The notes beneath the pieces were generated by a model. The model had not been told where the DNA came from and ran no database searches. It saw nothing but the letters and a program-made list of their open reading frames with translations. This document shows positions 29,340-38,292 of a stretch of DNA of 64,000 bases, piece after piece. Within the stretch, counting starts at the first letter, position 1; each line of letters opens with the position of its first letter. Made by a program: the position numbers and the translations under genes. Source of the DNA: a bacterium (GTDB lineage Bacteria; Krumholzibacteriota; Krumholzibacteriia; LZORAL124-64-63); NCBI GenBank assembly GCA_016719645.1, contig JADJYS010000001.1, positions 134,558-198,557 on the forward strand. The letters run 5' to 3'.

Positions 29340-30545
29340 CTGGTCAGCGTGCCCGCTTGAGTTCGTGGCGGCGGTTGACCCGGAATTCCCTGGTCACGAC
29401 CGTCCGTTCGTAGTCTCCCCCACTGGGGCACCTGAGCGGAATAGCCTCTCCGCCAGCACGTCCTTCGCCGAGAGCGGCCCGGCGTCCGGCATCGCGGGTG
29501 GGGGCCCTTTCCCGCCGGCGCTTGATGTAGTTGCGCCAGACGACCAGGATGGCCAGCCGCTCGGCCGAGCCTTGCCTCCGCTTCGGCCAGCTGATCGTCT
29601 CACGTCGATGACCGGCCTGGCTGTGACGCACGAGCAGATCCAGGAGGTTCGCTTCAAACAGGGGATTCCGCGCCGTCCGCCTTCTCTTCGCGGATGTGAT
29701 CACGTGGTCGATGCGGCACGGGACCTCCCGCATGGCATACGGGTAAGTTCGATGATCGTCGCTGCGGACGGTCGCCACGGTGCTGTCCCGCAGCGCGATC
29801 TCCAGCAGTTCCTGCACGTCTTTGAGAACGTTGCCGGGTTCAGGCGTACCGAGCCGCGACTCGAGCGTCGGCGGGATTTCTGGTACTCGGTCATCCTGCC
29901 TTTGCGACGCAATTCGCTATCGGTGAAATACCGGACGAACGAGGTGCCCGCTTCGATGGCCAGATGGTGGTGGAACGGATGGTACTGGCTGAATTCGAAA
30001 CTCTCGAACCCATCGATGACGAGATCGCCCGCCAGAGGTGCTGCGGCGAGCCTCTGCGCATGAAACAGCAGGCAATGGCGGCCCAGGCGAGCTAGTTGGC
30101 TGTCGACGGTCGCCGGGGCGGCCTGGAGATCGCGGGCGATCTGACGGTTGGCCATGGCGCCGACGGTCTTCATGAATAGGCTTGGGAGGATCTCGGGTCG
30201 TTTCAGCCAATAGGTGGTATCGAACGTCTGTCGACTGAAGGAGACGCGGCAAGCCAGGCACAGGTACCGTTGGATACGGTGGGGTGCACATCGCCGGGTG
30301 TAGAAACCCAGGCGCTTGAAACGCCACTGACGTTGCAAGGTATTATGATATTTGCAGTTGGGGTTCGGGCAGTAAGGGGGCGCCCAATCCGGGTGATGCG
30401 GACTCATGCCGCGGACCGGCACATCCCGGGCCGGACACATTATTCCGGGCACAACCTACGGGTTGCCTTCGGGTTGGTTACGGGGTATCATCATTCGCTG
30501 AAGGCCTAGCCTGTCAGCACAGGGTCGGTGCGGTCCCACGCAGCT
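29340..30545. mobile_element. IS1595-family insertion sequence remnant (boundaries approximate)
   Basis: Single transposase gene with N-terminal Zn-ribbon and ISXO2-like DDE region. Flanked by a similar 19-bp sequence in direct orientation (gcttgaGTtcgtggcGgcgg at 29355 and gcttgaCtcgtggcTgcgg at 30544). Confidence 0.5.
29344..30452 (-). pseudogene. IS1595-family transposase, split across two overlapping frames (frameshift about 29700-29817)
   Basis: ORF 29700..30452 carries CPNPNCKYHN...CLAC Zn-ribbon plus FKRLGFYTRR. ORF 29344..29817 carries the C-terminal DDE region. The two overlap in different frames. Confidence 0.65.
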
Positions 30546-30709
30546 TGACTCGTGGCTGCGGAGCGGCCGGCATCAGTGCCTGGGGAAATGAGTCGCCCTT
30601 CAGGCCTGGAGACCATCGCCCGCATCGGCGCTTTCTATCCTGGGCCGGGTCCCAAAGGGGTCCCCGGCCCAGGGTGCTATTACCCCCGGGGGCGGACGGG
30701 AGCAGCGAG

Positions 30710-31804
30710 ATGAACACGGAAGTGACCGACCGGACGACCCGACAGCTCCTGCACGCCCTGCCCAAGACCGACCTCCACGTCCACCTCGACGGTTCCCTGC
30801 GGCCGGCCACGGTCCGCGAGCTGGCGGCCCGCTACGGGCTGCCCTTCGCCTTCCGCGACGACGACGACGTGCGCGCGGTCTGCGAGGTGGGCGAGCAGTG
30901 CGAGAGCCTCGAGGACTATCTCAAGGTCTTCGACATCACGCTCCAGATGATGCAGCAGCCCGGCGACATCGAGCGGATCGCCTTCGAGCTGGCCGAGGAC
31001 GCGCACCGCGAGAACATCCGCTACATGGAAGTGCGCTACTCGCCGATGCTGCACACGGTGCGGGGGCTCACCCTGGACGAGATCGTCGCCGCGGTGCAGC
31101 GCGGGCTGGACCGGGCGCACCGGCGCTACGGCATCGTCACCGGGCAGATCATCTGCGGGATCCGGCACATCTCGCCGGCGTCGTCGGTGGAGCTGGCGGA
31201 GCTGGCGGTGCGCTGGAAGGGGCGGGGCGTGGTGGCCTTCGACCTGGCGGGCGCCGAGAAGGACTTCCCGGCCAAGGACCACCTGCAGGCCTTCTACGTG
31301 GTGCTCAACCGCAACCTGCCGGTCACCGTGCACGCGGGCGAGGCGTTCGGGCCCGCGAGCATCCACCAGGCCATCCACTACTGCGGCGCCAACCGGATCG
31401 GGCACGGCACCAACCTGGCCGCCGACCCCGACCTGATGCAGTGGGTCAACGACCGGCGCATCGCGGTCGAGGTGTGCCTGGCGAGCAACATGCAGACCCG
31501 GGCGATCGCCCGCTGGTCGGACCACCCCATCAAGCGCTTCCTGGACGAGGGGCTGCGGGTCACGCTCAACACGGACAACCGGCTGGTGTCGGGCACCACG
31601 ATGACCCACGAGCTGGAGCTGGCCGTGGCCCACTACGCCCTGAGCGTGGAGCAGGTCACCAAGATCCTGCTCGACGGCTTCAAGAGCGCGTTCCTGCCCC
31701 TGGCCGACAAGGCCCGCCTGATCAACCGCGTGCTCGGGGAGTTCGAGGCCCTGGGCGTGCAGCCGGGCGGCGTGCTCGACCGCCGCTGGCGCGCCCAGTT
31801 CTGA
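30710..31804 (+). CDS. add: adenosine deaminase
   Basis: LPKTDLHVHLDGS, metal-binding His/Asp pattern (SLNTDN-like VTLNTDN, HAGE). Confidence 0.88.
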   Translation: MNTEVTDRTTRQLLHALPKTDLHVHLDGSLRPATVRELAARYGLPFAFRDDDDVRAVCEVGEQCESLEDYLKVFDITLQMMQQPGDIERIAFELAEDAHRENIRYMEVRYSPMLHTVRGLTLDEIVAAVQRGLDRAHRRYGIVTGQIICGIRHISPASSVELAELAVRWKGRGVVAFDLAGAEKDFPAKDHLQAFYVVLNRNLPVTVHAGEAFGPASIHQAIHYCGANRIGHGTNLAADPDLMQWVNDRRIAVEVCLASNMQTRAIARWSDHPIKRFLDEGLRVTLNTDNRLVSGTTMTHELELAVAHYALSVEQVTKILLDGFKSAFLPLADKARLINRVLGEFEALGVQPGGVLDRRWRAQF

Positions 31805-31817
31805 GGGGCGGGCGCGG

Positions 31818-32771
31818 CTACCGGCCGGCGTAGAGACCGAGCAGCACCGCCGCATCGACCAGGGCCCACAGCACCAGCGCCGTGTACATGCGGGCCTCGT
31901 GCTGGCGGGCCGTCAGCTGCCGCGCCCGCCGCCGCCACGCCGCCGCCGCCAGGAACCACGCCGCCAGCGCCAGGCCCAGGACCAGCTGCGGGACCGCCCG
32001 GGGAACGGGATGGGCGAGCAGCAGCGCGGCGGCGCCGACGGCCAGCAGCAGGGCCAGGTCCAGCGACCGCGTCGCGCCCAGGGCGGTGGCCAGGGTGCGG
32101 TCGCCGCGGGCGCGGTCGGGCGCGATCTGGTAGAGCTGGGTCATCGGGTAGAACGAGCCGAACAGCAGGGCGAACCCGCCCGCCAGCAGCCAGCCCGCGC
32201 CGTCGGGCCAGGCGTCCGGCCGCCCGGCCGCGGCCTGGCCGGCCAGCAGCCCCGCCAGCGTGGTCCCCCCTCCGTACCCCACCGCGTTCACCGCGAGATC
32301 CAGGCCCGGCACGCCCTTCCAGCGCGTCGCCGGGTGCGAGTAGGCCACCGACAGCAGCGTGCAGGCGGCGGTCACCGCCGCGAAGCGCGGCGACACCAGC
32401 AGCGCGGGGAGCAGGCCCGCGGCCATCAGCAGCAGGGCGAACGCCGCCAGCCGGGGCGGCGGCGGCGGCGGGGCGCGCAGGTAGGCGATGTCGTCCACGT
32501 CGCGGTCGTGGGCGCTGTTGTAGGCCAGCGTCCCGCCGTTGAGGCAGAGGACCCAGGCCAGCCACGCCCAGGGCAGGACGTCGGGTCGCGCCAGCGCCGC
32601 CGTCCCCGGCAGCGCCCCCCGCGCGGCGAGCGCACCGCCGAGCGTCGGGTCGGCGAGCAGGCCGACCGCGAGCTGCGCGGTCAGGATGGGCCACTGGCGG
32701 GGACGCAGGAACAGCAGGTAGTCGAAGGGGGGGCCCAGCAGCCTACGCCCGATCCGCCGCGCGCGCGTCAT
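31818..32771 (-). CDS. UbiA-family prenyltransferase (polytopic membrane protein)
   Basis: Multi-TM protein with Asp-rich motifs (NSAHDRDVDD) characteristic of UbiA prenyltransferases. Confidence 0.75.
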   Translation of the reverse strand: MTRARRIGRRLLGPPFDYLLFLRPRQWPILTAQLAVGLLADPTLGGALAARGALPGTAALARPDVLPWAWLAWVLCLNGGTLAYNSAHDRDVDDIAYLRAPPPPPPRLAAFALLLMAAGLLPALLVSPRFAAVTAACTLLSVAYSHPATRWKGVPGLDLAVNAVGYGGGTTLAGLLAGQAAAGRPDAWPDGAGWLLAGGFALLFGSFYPMTQLYQIAPDRARGDRTLATALGATRSLDLALLLAVGAAALLLAHPVPRAVPQLVLGLALAAWFLAAAAWRRRARQLTARQHEARMYTALVLWALVDAAVLLGLYAGR

Positions 32772-33330
32772 GCTCCGCCTCCCTCGGCGCCGTCGCCAGG
32801 CGCAGCTGCGCCGCGAACCAGGCGGGATCGAAGGTGGCGTTGACGCACATGCGCTCCATGCCGGTCAGGGGCGCCAGCAGGGCGGGGATTTCCGGGACGC
32901 TGCGCAGGGCCTTGACCAGGCGGTCGTCGCAGGCGGTGGCGATGATCAGGTCGGGGCGGCGTTCGCGGGCCAGGGCGAAGGCGACGTGGCTGCGGAAGGC
33001 GACCAGCGCCTCGACTTGGAACCGGTCGGCGACCCGCGCCAGTTCGCCCAGGTCGCAGCGGTCGCAGCCGAGGCAGGTCGCCAGCGAGCCGCCGTCGTCG
33101 ATCTTGCAGCAGCCCCGCCGGACGCACCGCGGCAGGATCAGCAGCACCGTCGCGGCGCCGTGGGCCGCGAGGCGGCGCTCCACGCGGCGGTTGTTGGCGG
33201 CCACGAGCCGGCGGATCAGGGGCTCGTCCGAGCGGCCGGCCCTGGCCAGCAGGGCGCGGGCCGCCGCCACGGCCAGCACGTAGGCGCGGTGCCGCCAGGG
33301 CGAGCGGTAGGGGGGGCGGCGGGGGCTCAA
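32743..33330 (-). CDS. DUF116-like Cys-rich protein
   Basis: C-terminal part of ORF 32743..33702 carries a conserved Cys pattern (PRCVRRGCCKIDDGGSLATCLGCDRCDLGE). Putative TTG start 33330 overlaps the TrmH-family stop. Upstream part of the ORF is G/R-rich junk. Confidence 0.5.
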   Translation of the reverse strand: MSPRRPPYRSPWRHRAYVLAVAAARALLARAGRSDEPLIRRLVAANNRRVERRLAAHGAATVLLILPRCVRRGCCKIDDGGSLATCLGCDRCDLGELARVADRFQVEALVAFRSHVAFALARERRPDLIIATACDDRLVKALRSVPEIPALLAPLTGMERMCVNATFDPAWFAAQLRLATAPREAEHDARAADRA

Positions 33331-33875
33331 CGCGGGCTCCCGGCGGCCAGCCAGGCCCGGCGCAGGTGGAAGGCCAGGACGCCGAAGCTCACGGCGACGT
33401 TCAGCGACTTCTTGGCGCCCGCCATCGGGATCTCCACGCAGGCGTCGACGGCCGCCAGGGTCGCGGGGCCGACGCCCTGGACCTCGTGGCCGACGACGAA
33501 GCAGACGGGGAAGCGGTAGGGGAACTCCTCGAAGGGCGCCGCCCCCGGCGCCTGCTCCAGGGCCACGACCTGGACGCCGCGCGCCCGCAGGTCGGCGACG
33601 GCGGCGGCCGGGTCCTGGCGGTAGTCCCAGGGGACGGTCTCGGTGGCGCCGAGCGCCGTCTTCTCGATGTCGGCGCGGGGCGGGGTGGCGGTCATCCCGC
33701 ACAGGAACAGGCCGCCGAGGTTGGCGGCGTCGGCGGTGCGGAACATCGAACCGACGTTGCCGGCGCTGCGGATGCCGTCGAGCAGGGCCGTGACCGGCAT
33801 CCGGTCCCGGCCGGCCAGGGCGGCGCGGTCGAGCCGGTCGGCGGGGCGGGCGAAGGGGTCGTCGCGCTGGCTCAT
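33327..33875 (-). CDS. TrmH/SpoU-family RNA 2'-O-methyltransferase
   Basis: SPOUT motifs (GNVGSMFRTADA, VVGHEVQGV, SLNVAVSFGVLAF). ATG at 33875 chosen within ORF 33327..33959. Confidence 0.75.
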   Translation of the reverse strand: MSQRDDPFARPADRLDRAALAGRDRMPVTALLDGIRSAGNVGSMFRTADAANLGGLFLCGMTATPPRADIEKTALGATETVPWDYRQDPAAAVADLRARGVQVVALEQAPGAAPFEEFPYRFPVCFVVGHEVQGVGPATLAAVDACVEIPMAGAKKSLNVAVSFGVLAFHLRRAWLAAGSPR

Positions 33876-34064
33876 GGGGTCCCCGGGGGCCGTGGGTGCT
33901 TCCGGGCCGCCCGGCGGCCCGCTGCCGGGCATGATGCGGAAGAAACGCCTTTCTGGCAACAGCGGGTTAAACCGCGGCCGCCGCCGGCCGATAGCACCGT
34001 CGAGGGAGCGCCGGAAGCGAAGGCACGACCGGAACCATCATCAGGACCAGGTGCGGCCCATCCC

Positions 34065-35468
34065 ATGAAGCGCAAAACCGTCACGCTGTGCATGATCGCC
34101 AAGGACGAGGAAGCGACGATCGGCCAGACCATCAAGTCGGCCCTGGCCGTCGTCGACGAGATCGTCGTCGGCGACACGGGCTCGTCCGACAACACGCGCC
34201 TGATCGCCGAGGGCTACGGGGCCCGCGTGGTCGACGTGCCGTGGGACGACGACTTCGCCGCCGCGCGCAACGCCGTGCTGGCCGAGGCGCGCTGCGACTG
34301 GATCCTGGTGCTGGACGCCGACGAGCGCCTGCAGCCGGTGCGCCCGGTCGAGCTGCAGCGCCTGCTGGCGGAGCCGGACGCCGCCGGCTACCGCGTGGCG
34401 ATCCTCGCCGGCGGCCAGGAGCGCGGCGACGATGCGGCGACGCAGGTGCGGCTGTTCCGCAACCACCCCTACGTCCGCTACTGCTACCCGGTCCACGAGA
34501 CGATCGAGATCGCCCTGGAGAACTGGGCGACCGCCCGCGGGTTCGGCATCAGGAGCTCGCAGCTGGCGCTGATCCACGACGGCGGGGCCGAGCGGGCCGC
34601 GAACCGCGGCGAGCGCAACCGCCGCCTGCTGCGCGAGGCCTCCCGGGAGTACCCCTACGAGCCCTACTTCGCCTACTGCCTGGCGACCGAGACGCTCACG
34701 CGCCTCGAGGACGAGGTGCTGCCGGTGGCGGGGCTGGGCAAGACGGTGCGCCAGCTGCAGCGGGCGTGGGAGACGGTGCGCGGGATGCCGCCGGCCGCCG
34801 CCGCCGCGCTCGCCTACGGGCCGGACCTCGCGGGCCTGCTCGGCGCGGCGCTGATCGCGCGCCTGGAGACGGCCGCCGCGCTGGACGTCGTGCGCGACGC
34901 GCTGGAGATGTACCCCGACCGCCCCGAGCTGCGGTTCCGCCGCGCCGTGGCCGCCGTCCGCCACCTCGCGCGGGGCGACGACGCGGGCCTCACCCTGGTC
35001 GCGGCCTCCAGCCTGCGCAAGCTCGCCACGCGCGATCTCGAGGCCTGCCTGGCCTCGGCCGGTTCCGCGCCGGACGCGGATGAGCGCTGGCGCGACCTGT
35101 ACCCGTGGCGTTACCTTGGCCTGCTGGACCTGCTCGACGGGAACCCCGACGCGGCGGAGCGCCGCTTCGACCGGGCCCTGGACCTGGCCCCGCTCTACTC
35201 CCACGCCTGGCTCGGCAAGGCCGAGTGCGACCGGCTGCGGGGGGAGGGCCGGCGCGCCCTGGGCTACTACCTGCGGGCGGTCACCACCGACGAGCGGAAC
35301 CTGTCGGCCTGGCTCAGGGGCGGGCAGGTGCTGGAGGAGCTGGGTTTCCGCGACAACGCCAAGAGCTGGCGCGCGAAGATCGAGACCCTCTTCCCCGAGT
35401 TCGTCGGCCTGCGCGACGCGAGCGACTGGCTGGACGAGATGCTCCCGCGCCGCCTGCAGACCACCTAG
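34065..35468 (+). CDS. family-2 glycosyltransferase with C-terminal TPR-like helical domain
   Basis: CMIAKDEEATIGQTIKS...VGDTGSSDNT...DADE (GT2 DxD motifs). C-terminal half is TPR-like. Confidence 0.75.
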   Translation: MKRKTVTLCMIAKDEEATIGQTIKSALAVVDEIVVGDTGSSDNTRLIAEGYGARVVDVPWDDDFAAARNAVLAEARCDWILVLDADERLQPVRPVELQRLLAEPDAAGYRVAILAGGQERGDDAATQVRLFRNHPYVRYCYPVHETIEIALENWATARGFGIRSSQLALIHDGGAERAANRGERNRRLLREASREYPYEPYFAYCLATETLTRLEDEVLPVAGLGKTVRQLQRAWETVRGMPPAAAAALAYGPDLAGLLGAALIARLETAAALDVVRDALEMYPDRPELRFRRAVAAVRHLARGDDAGLTLVAASSLRKLATRDLEACLASAGSAPDADERWRDLYPWRYLGLLDLLDGNPDAAERRFDRALDLAPLYSHAWLGKAECDRLRGEGRRALGYYLRAVTTDERNLSAWLRGGQVLEELGFRDNAKSWRAKIETLFPEFVGLRDASDWLDEMLPRRLQTT

Positions 35469-35484
35469 GCGCCCCGGAGAAGCG

Positions 35485-36885
35485 ATGACCCACCACCACG
35501 ACCCGGCCAGTCCGCCTGCCGACGGCCTGCGCGGCGACCCGCCGCCGCGGCACCTGCGCGTCCACACGCACCGCAACCTGCGCCTGGCCTCGATCGCGGC
35601 CATCGGCTTCGACATGGACCACACGCTGGCCCTCTACGACCCCCACGTCTTCGAGCAGCTCTGCTTCGAGATGGCCGTCGCGCTGCTCGTCGAGGCCAAG
35701 GGCTACCCCGAGAACCTGCGCGAGGTGGCCTACGACCGCACCGCCGTCACCCGCGGCCTGATCGTCGACCGCCGCCTGGGCAACCTGGTGAAGGTGGACG
35801 CCTACGGCTACGTGGCGCGCGTCCGCCACGGCGGGCGGCTGCTGACGAAGCTCGAGCGGCGGGAGGCCTACAAGCGGGGCCGCATCCGGCTGAGCCCGAA
35901 CCGCTACCGGGTCGTCGACACGCTCTTCGACCTGCCGGAGGGCTCGCTCTACTCGGCGCTGGTGGCCCTGAAGGACGGGCAGCCCGGGCTGCTGCGCCCG
36001 AGCTACAAGACGCTGTTCGACGACATCCGCGACGCCATCGACACCATCCACCGCGACGGCTCGCTGAAGCGCCGCATCATGGCCGACCTGCCCCGCTACT
36101 TCGTGCGCGACCCCCTGCTGGCGCCGACGCTGCGCCGCTTCCGCGAGGCGGGCAAGAAGCTGTTCCTGCTCACGAACTCCGAGCCCGACTACACCGGCGC
36201 CGTCATGGACTACATCCTCGGCGGCGAGGACGGCCCCTGGGACGACCTCTTCGACCTGGTCATCTGCACCGCGCGCAAGCCGGGGTTCTTCCTGCCCAAG
36301 GGCAAGGGGGAGCGCGTCCCGGCCGACACGGTGCCGCACCTGCCGAACCGCCGCGGGCATTGCTTCACCGGGGGCGACGCGTTCTACCTGGAGTCCAAGC
36401 TCGGCGCGATCGGCGACGCGATCCTCTACTTCGGCGACCACACCTACGGCGACATCCTGCGCAGCAAGAAGTCGGTCGGCTGGCGCACCGCCATGATCGT
36501 GCCGGAGGTGGAGGAGGAGATCCTCGCCGCGGAGCCGCTGCGCGGGGCGATGGACGGCCTCGAGGAGGTCGAGGACTCGCTGGAGGACCTGGGCCTGGAG
36601 CGCGACCACCTGCTGTCGCTGCCCGACCACGACCCCCTGGTCGTGCAGGAGCTGCAGGACCGCATCCAGGCCAGCCTGGGGCGGCGGGCCCAGCTGCAGA
36701 AGCGGATCGCCGCGGTCTACAATCCCTGGTGGGGCTCGATCTTCCGCGAGGGGCGGGCGGTCAGCCGCTTCGGCGCCCAGATCCGCGACGTCGCCTGCAT
36801 CTACACCAGCCGCGTCAGCAACCTGTCGCGCTACCCGGTGCAGAAGTTCTTCTCGAGCACGGGCGAGCGGATGCCGCACGAGTGA
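35485..36885 (+). CDS. HAD-superfamily 5'-nucleotidase (cN-II/PF05761-like)
   Basis: N-terminal DMDHTL HAD motif I. Long family-typical body (YFGDHTYGDI motif IV region). Confidence 0.75.
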   Translation: MTHHHDPASPPADGLRGDPPPRHLRVHTHRNLRLASIAAIGFDMDHTLALYDPHVFEQLCFEMAVALLVEAKGYPENLREVAYDRTAVTRGLIVDRRLGNLVKVDAYGYVARVRHGGRLLTKLERREAYKRGRIRLSPNRYRVVDTLFDLPEGSLYSALVALKDGQPGLLRPSYKTLFDDIRDAIDTIHRDGSLKRRIMADLPRYFVRDPLLAPTLRRFREAGKKLFLLTNSEPDYTGAVMDYILGGEDGPWDDLFDLVICTARKPGFFLPKGKGERVPADTVPHLPNRRGHCFTGGDAFYLESKLGAIGDAILYFGDHTYGDILRSKKSVGWRTAMIVPEVEEEILAAEPLRGAMDGLEEVEDSLEDLGLERDHLLSLPDHDPLVVQELQDRIQASLGRRAQLQKRIAAVYNPWWGSIFREGRAVSRFGAQIRDVACIYTSRVSNLSRYPVQKFFSSTGERMPHE

Positions 36886-36897
36886 CGCGGGCCGCCG

Positions 36898-38292
36898 CTA
36901 CTTCCAGTGCTCGCTCAGGAACTGGTCGACCTCGGGGATGCCGCCCTGGTACACGAGGTACCCGTTGTAGGGCTCCCGCTCGGTGATGTCGCGCGCGATC
37001 GGCGTCAGCATGATGCGGGCGACCTCGGCGGGGTCCTGCGTCTGGCCCAGCGCCCAGCCCAGCTTCATGTAGGCCACCTCGGGCAGCATGTTGGCCGCGG
37101 GCACGACGCCCAGCTCCATGATCTCGCGCCCGGTCTCGTACACGTACATCTGCACGAAGCCCCAGAGCGTCTGCACGGTCATGAACATCGAGACGCCCGC
37201 CTTGTGCGCCCGCTCCAGCGCGGGGTACAGGGGGCGGTTGACGTGGCCCAGGCCCGTGCCCGCGATGATGATCCCCTTGTAGCCGTGGTCGACCAGGCTG
37301 TCGATGACGTCCGGCTTCATGCCCGGGTAGTAGTAGACCAGCGAGACCCGGTCGTCGAAGACGGCCTTGACCGTGACGTCGCGGTCGGCGCGGCGGCGGC
37401 TGTAGTCGTTGCGGAACGGCGTGACGCCGTCCTGGTCGACCTTGCCCAGGGGGACGTCGCTCAGGGTGCGGAAGGTCGAGCGGTACGAGGAGTGCATCTT
37501 GCGCACGCGGGTGCCCTGGTGCAGCAGGCCGTACTGGTCGCTGGTGGGGCCGAACATGCAGACCATCACCTCGGCGAGGTCGCTGGTCGCGGCCGTGCGC
37601 GCGGCGTTCATGAGGTTGATGGCGGCGTCGGAGCTGGGCCGGTCGCTCGAGCGCTGGCTGCCGACCATGACGATCGGCACCGGCGAGCCCTGGACCATGA
37701 AGGAGAGGATGGCCGCGGTGTGGTGCATGGTGTCGGTGCCGTGCCCCACCACGATGCCGTCGACGCCGGCGGCGATCTCGCGCCCGATGGCCTCGGCCAG
37801 GCCGATCCACTGCTCGGGCCCCATGTTCTCGCTGAACACGCCGTAGAGCTTCTCGGTCTCCAGGTTGCAGACGTCCGCCAGCTCGGGCACCGAGCCGTAC
37901 AGCTCGCCGGGCGAGAAGGCGGGGATCACGGCGCCGGTGCGGTAGTCCAGGCGCGAGGCGATCGTGCCGCCGGTGCCCAGCAGCTTCACGCGGGGCTTGC
38001 CCTCGGAGTAGGGGAAGGCCTTCTCCGGGATCTTGTAGTTGGCGACCTTGCGCCCGTGGACCGTGATCTCCTGCATGCCCCCGACGTGCAGGCCGATGTT
38101 GTAGCCGGTCGACATCTTCAGCACGACGTGCTCGGGGTCGGCCATCTCGTTGCGCGGCAGGATCAGGCCGCGGAACTCGCCCCGGTCGGTGCGGATCGTG
38201 ACGTCGCTCCACACCAGCGCGTCGTGCTTCTTCAGCACGGCCAGCGCCGGGTCGCGGTAGCCCTTGTAGTCCTCGTTGCCGTTCCCGCTCAC
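36898..38292 (-). CDS. gatD: archaeal-type Glu-tRNA(Gln) amidotransferase subunit D (asparaginase-like)
   Basis: N-terminal GatD-specific domain (EHVVLKMSTGYNIGLHVGG) plus L-asparaginase fold (LGTGGTIAS, GIVVGHGTDTM). GTG start with GTGA overlap to gatE stop. Confidence 0.85.
   Translation of the reverse strand: MSGNGNEDYKGYRDPALAVLKKHDALVWSDVTIRTDRGEFRGLILPRNEMADPEHVVLKMSTGYNIGLHVGGMQEITVHGRKVANYKIPEKAFPYSEGKPRVKLLGTGGTIASRLDYRTGAVIPAFSPGELYGSVPELADVCNLETEKLYGVFSENMGPEQWIGLAEAIGREIAAGVDGIVVGHGTDTMHHTAAILSFMVQGSPVPIVMVGSQRSSDRPSSDAAINLMNAARTAATSDLAEVMVCMFGPTSDQYGLLHQGTRVRKMHSSYRSTFRTLSDVPLGKVDQDGVTPFRNDYSRRRADRDVTVKAVFDDRVSLVYYYPGMKPDVIDSLVDHGYKGIIIAGTGLGHVNRPLYPALERAHKAGVSMFMTVQTLWGFVQMYVYETGREIMELGVVPAANMLPEVAYMKLGWALGQTQDPAEVARIMLTPIARDITEREPYNGYLVYQGGIPEVDQFLSEHWK

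Noticed and set aside
29355-30562. The 19-bp flanking direct similarity around the IS element as a bona fide target-site duplication
   Set aside because: Too long and too imperfect for an IS1595 TSD (usually 8 bp exact). It is kept only as a low-interest observation.
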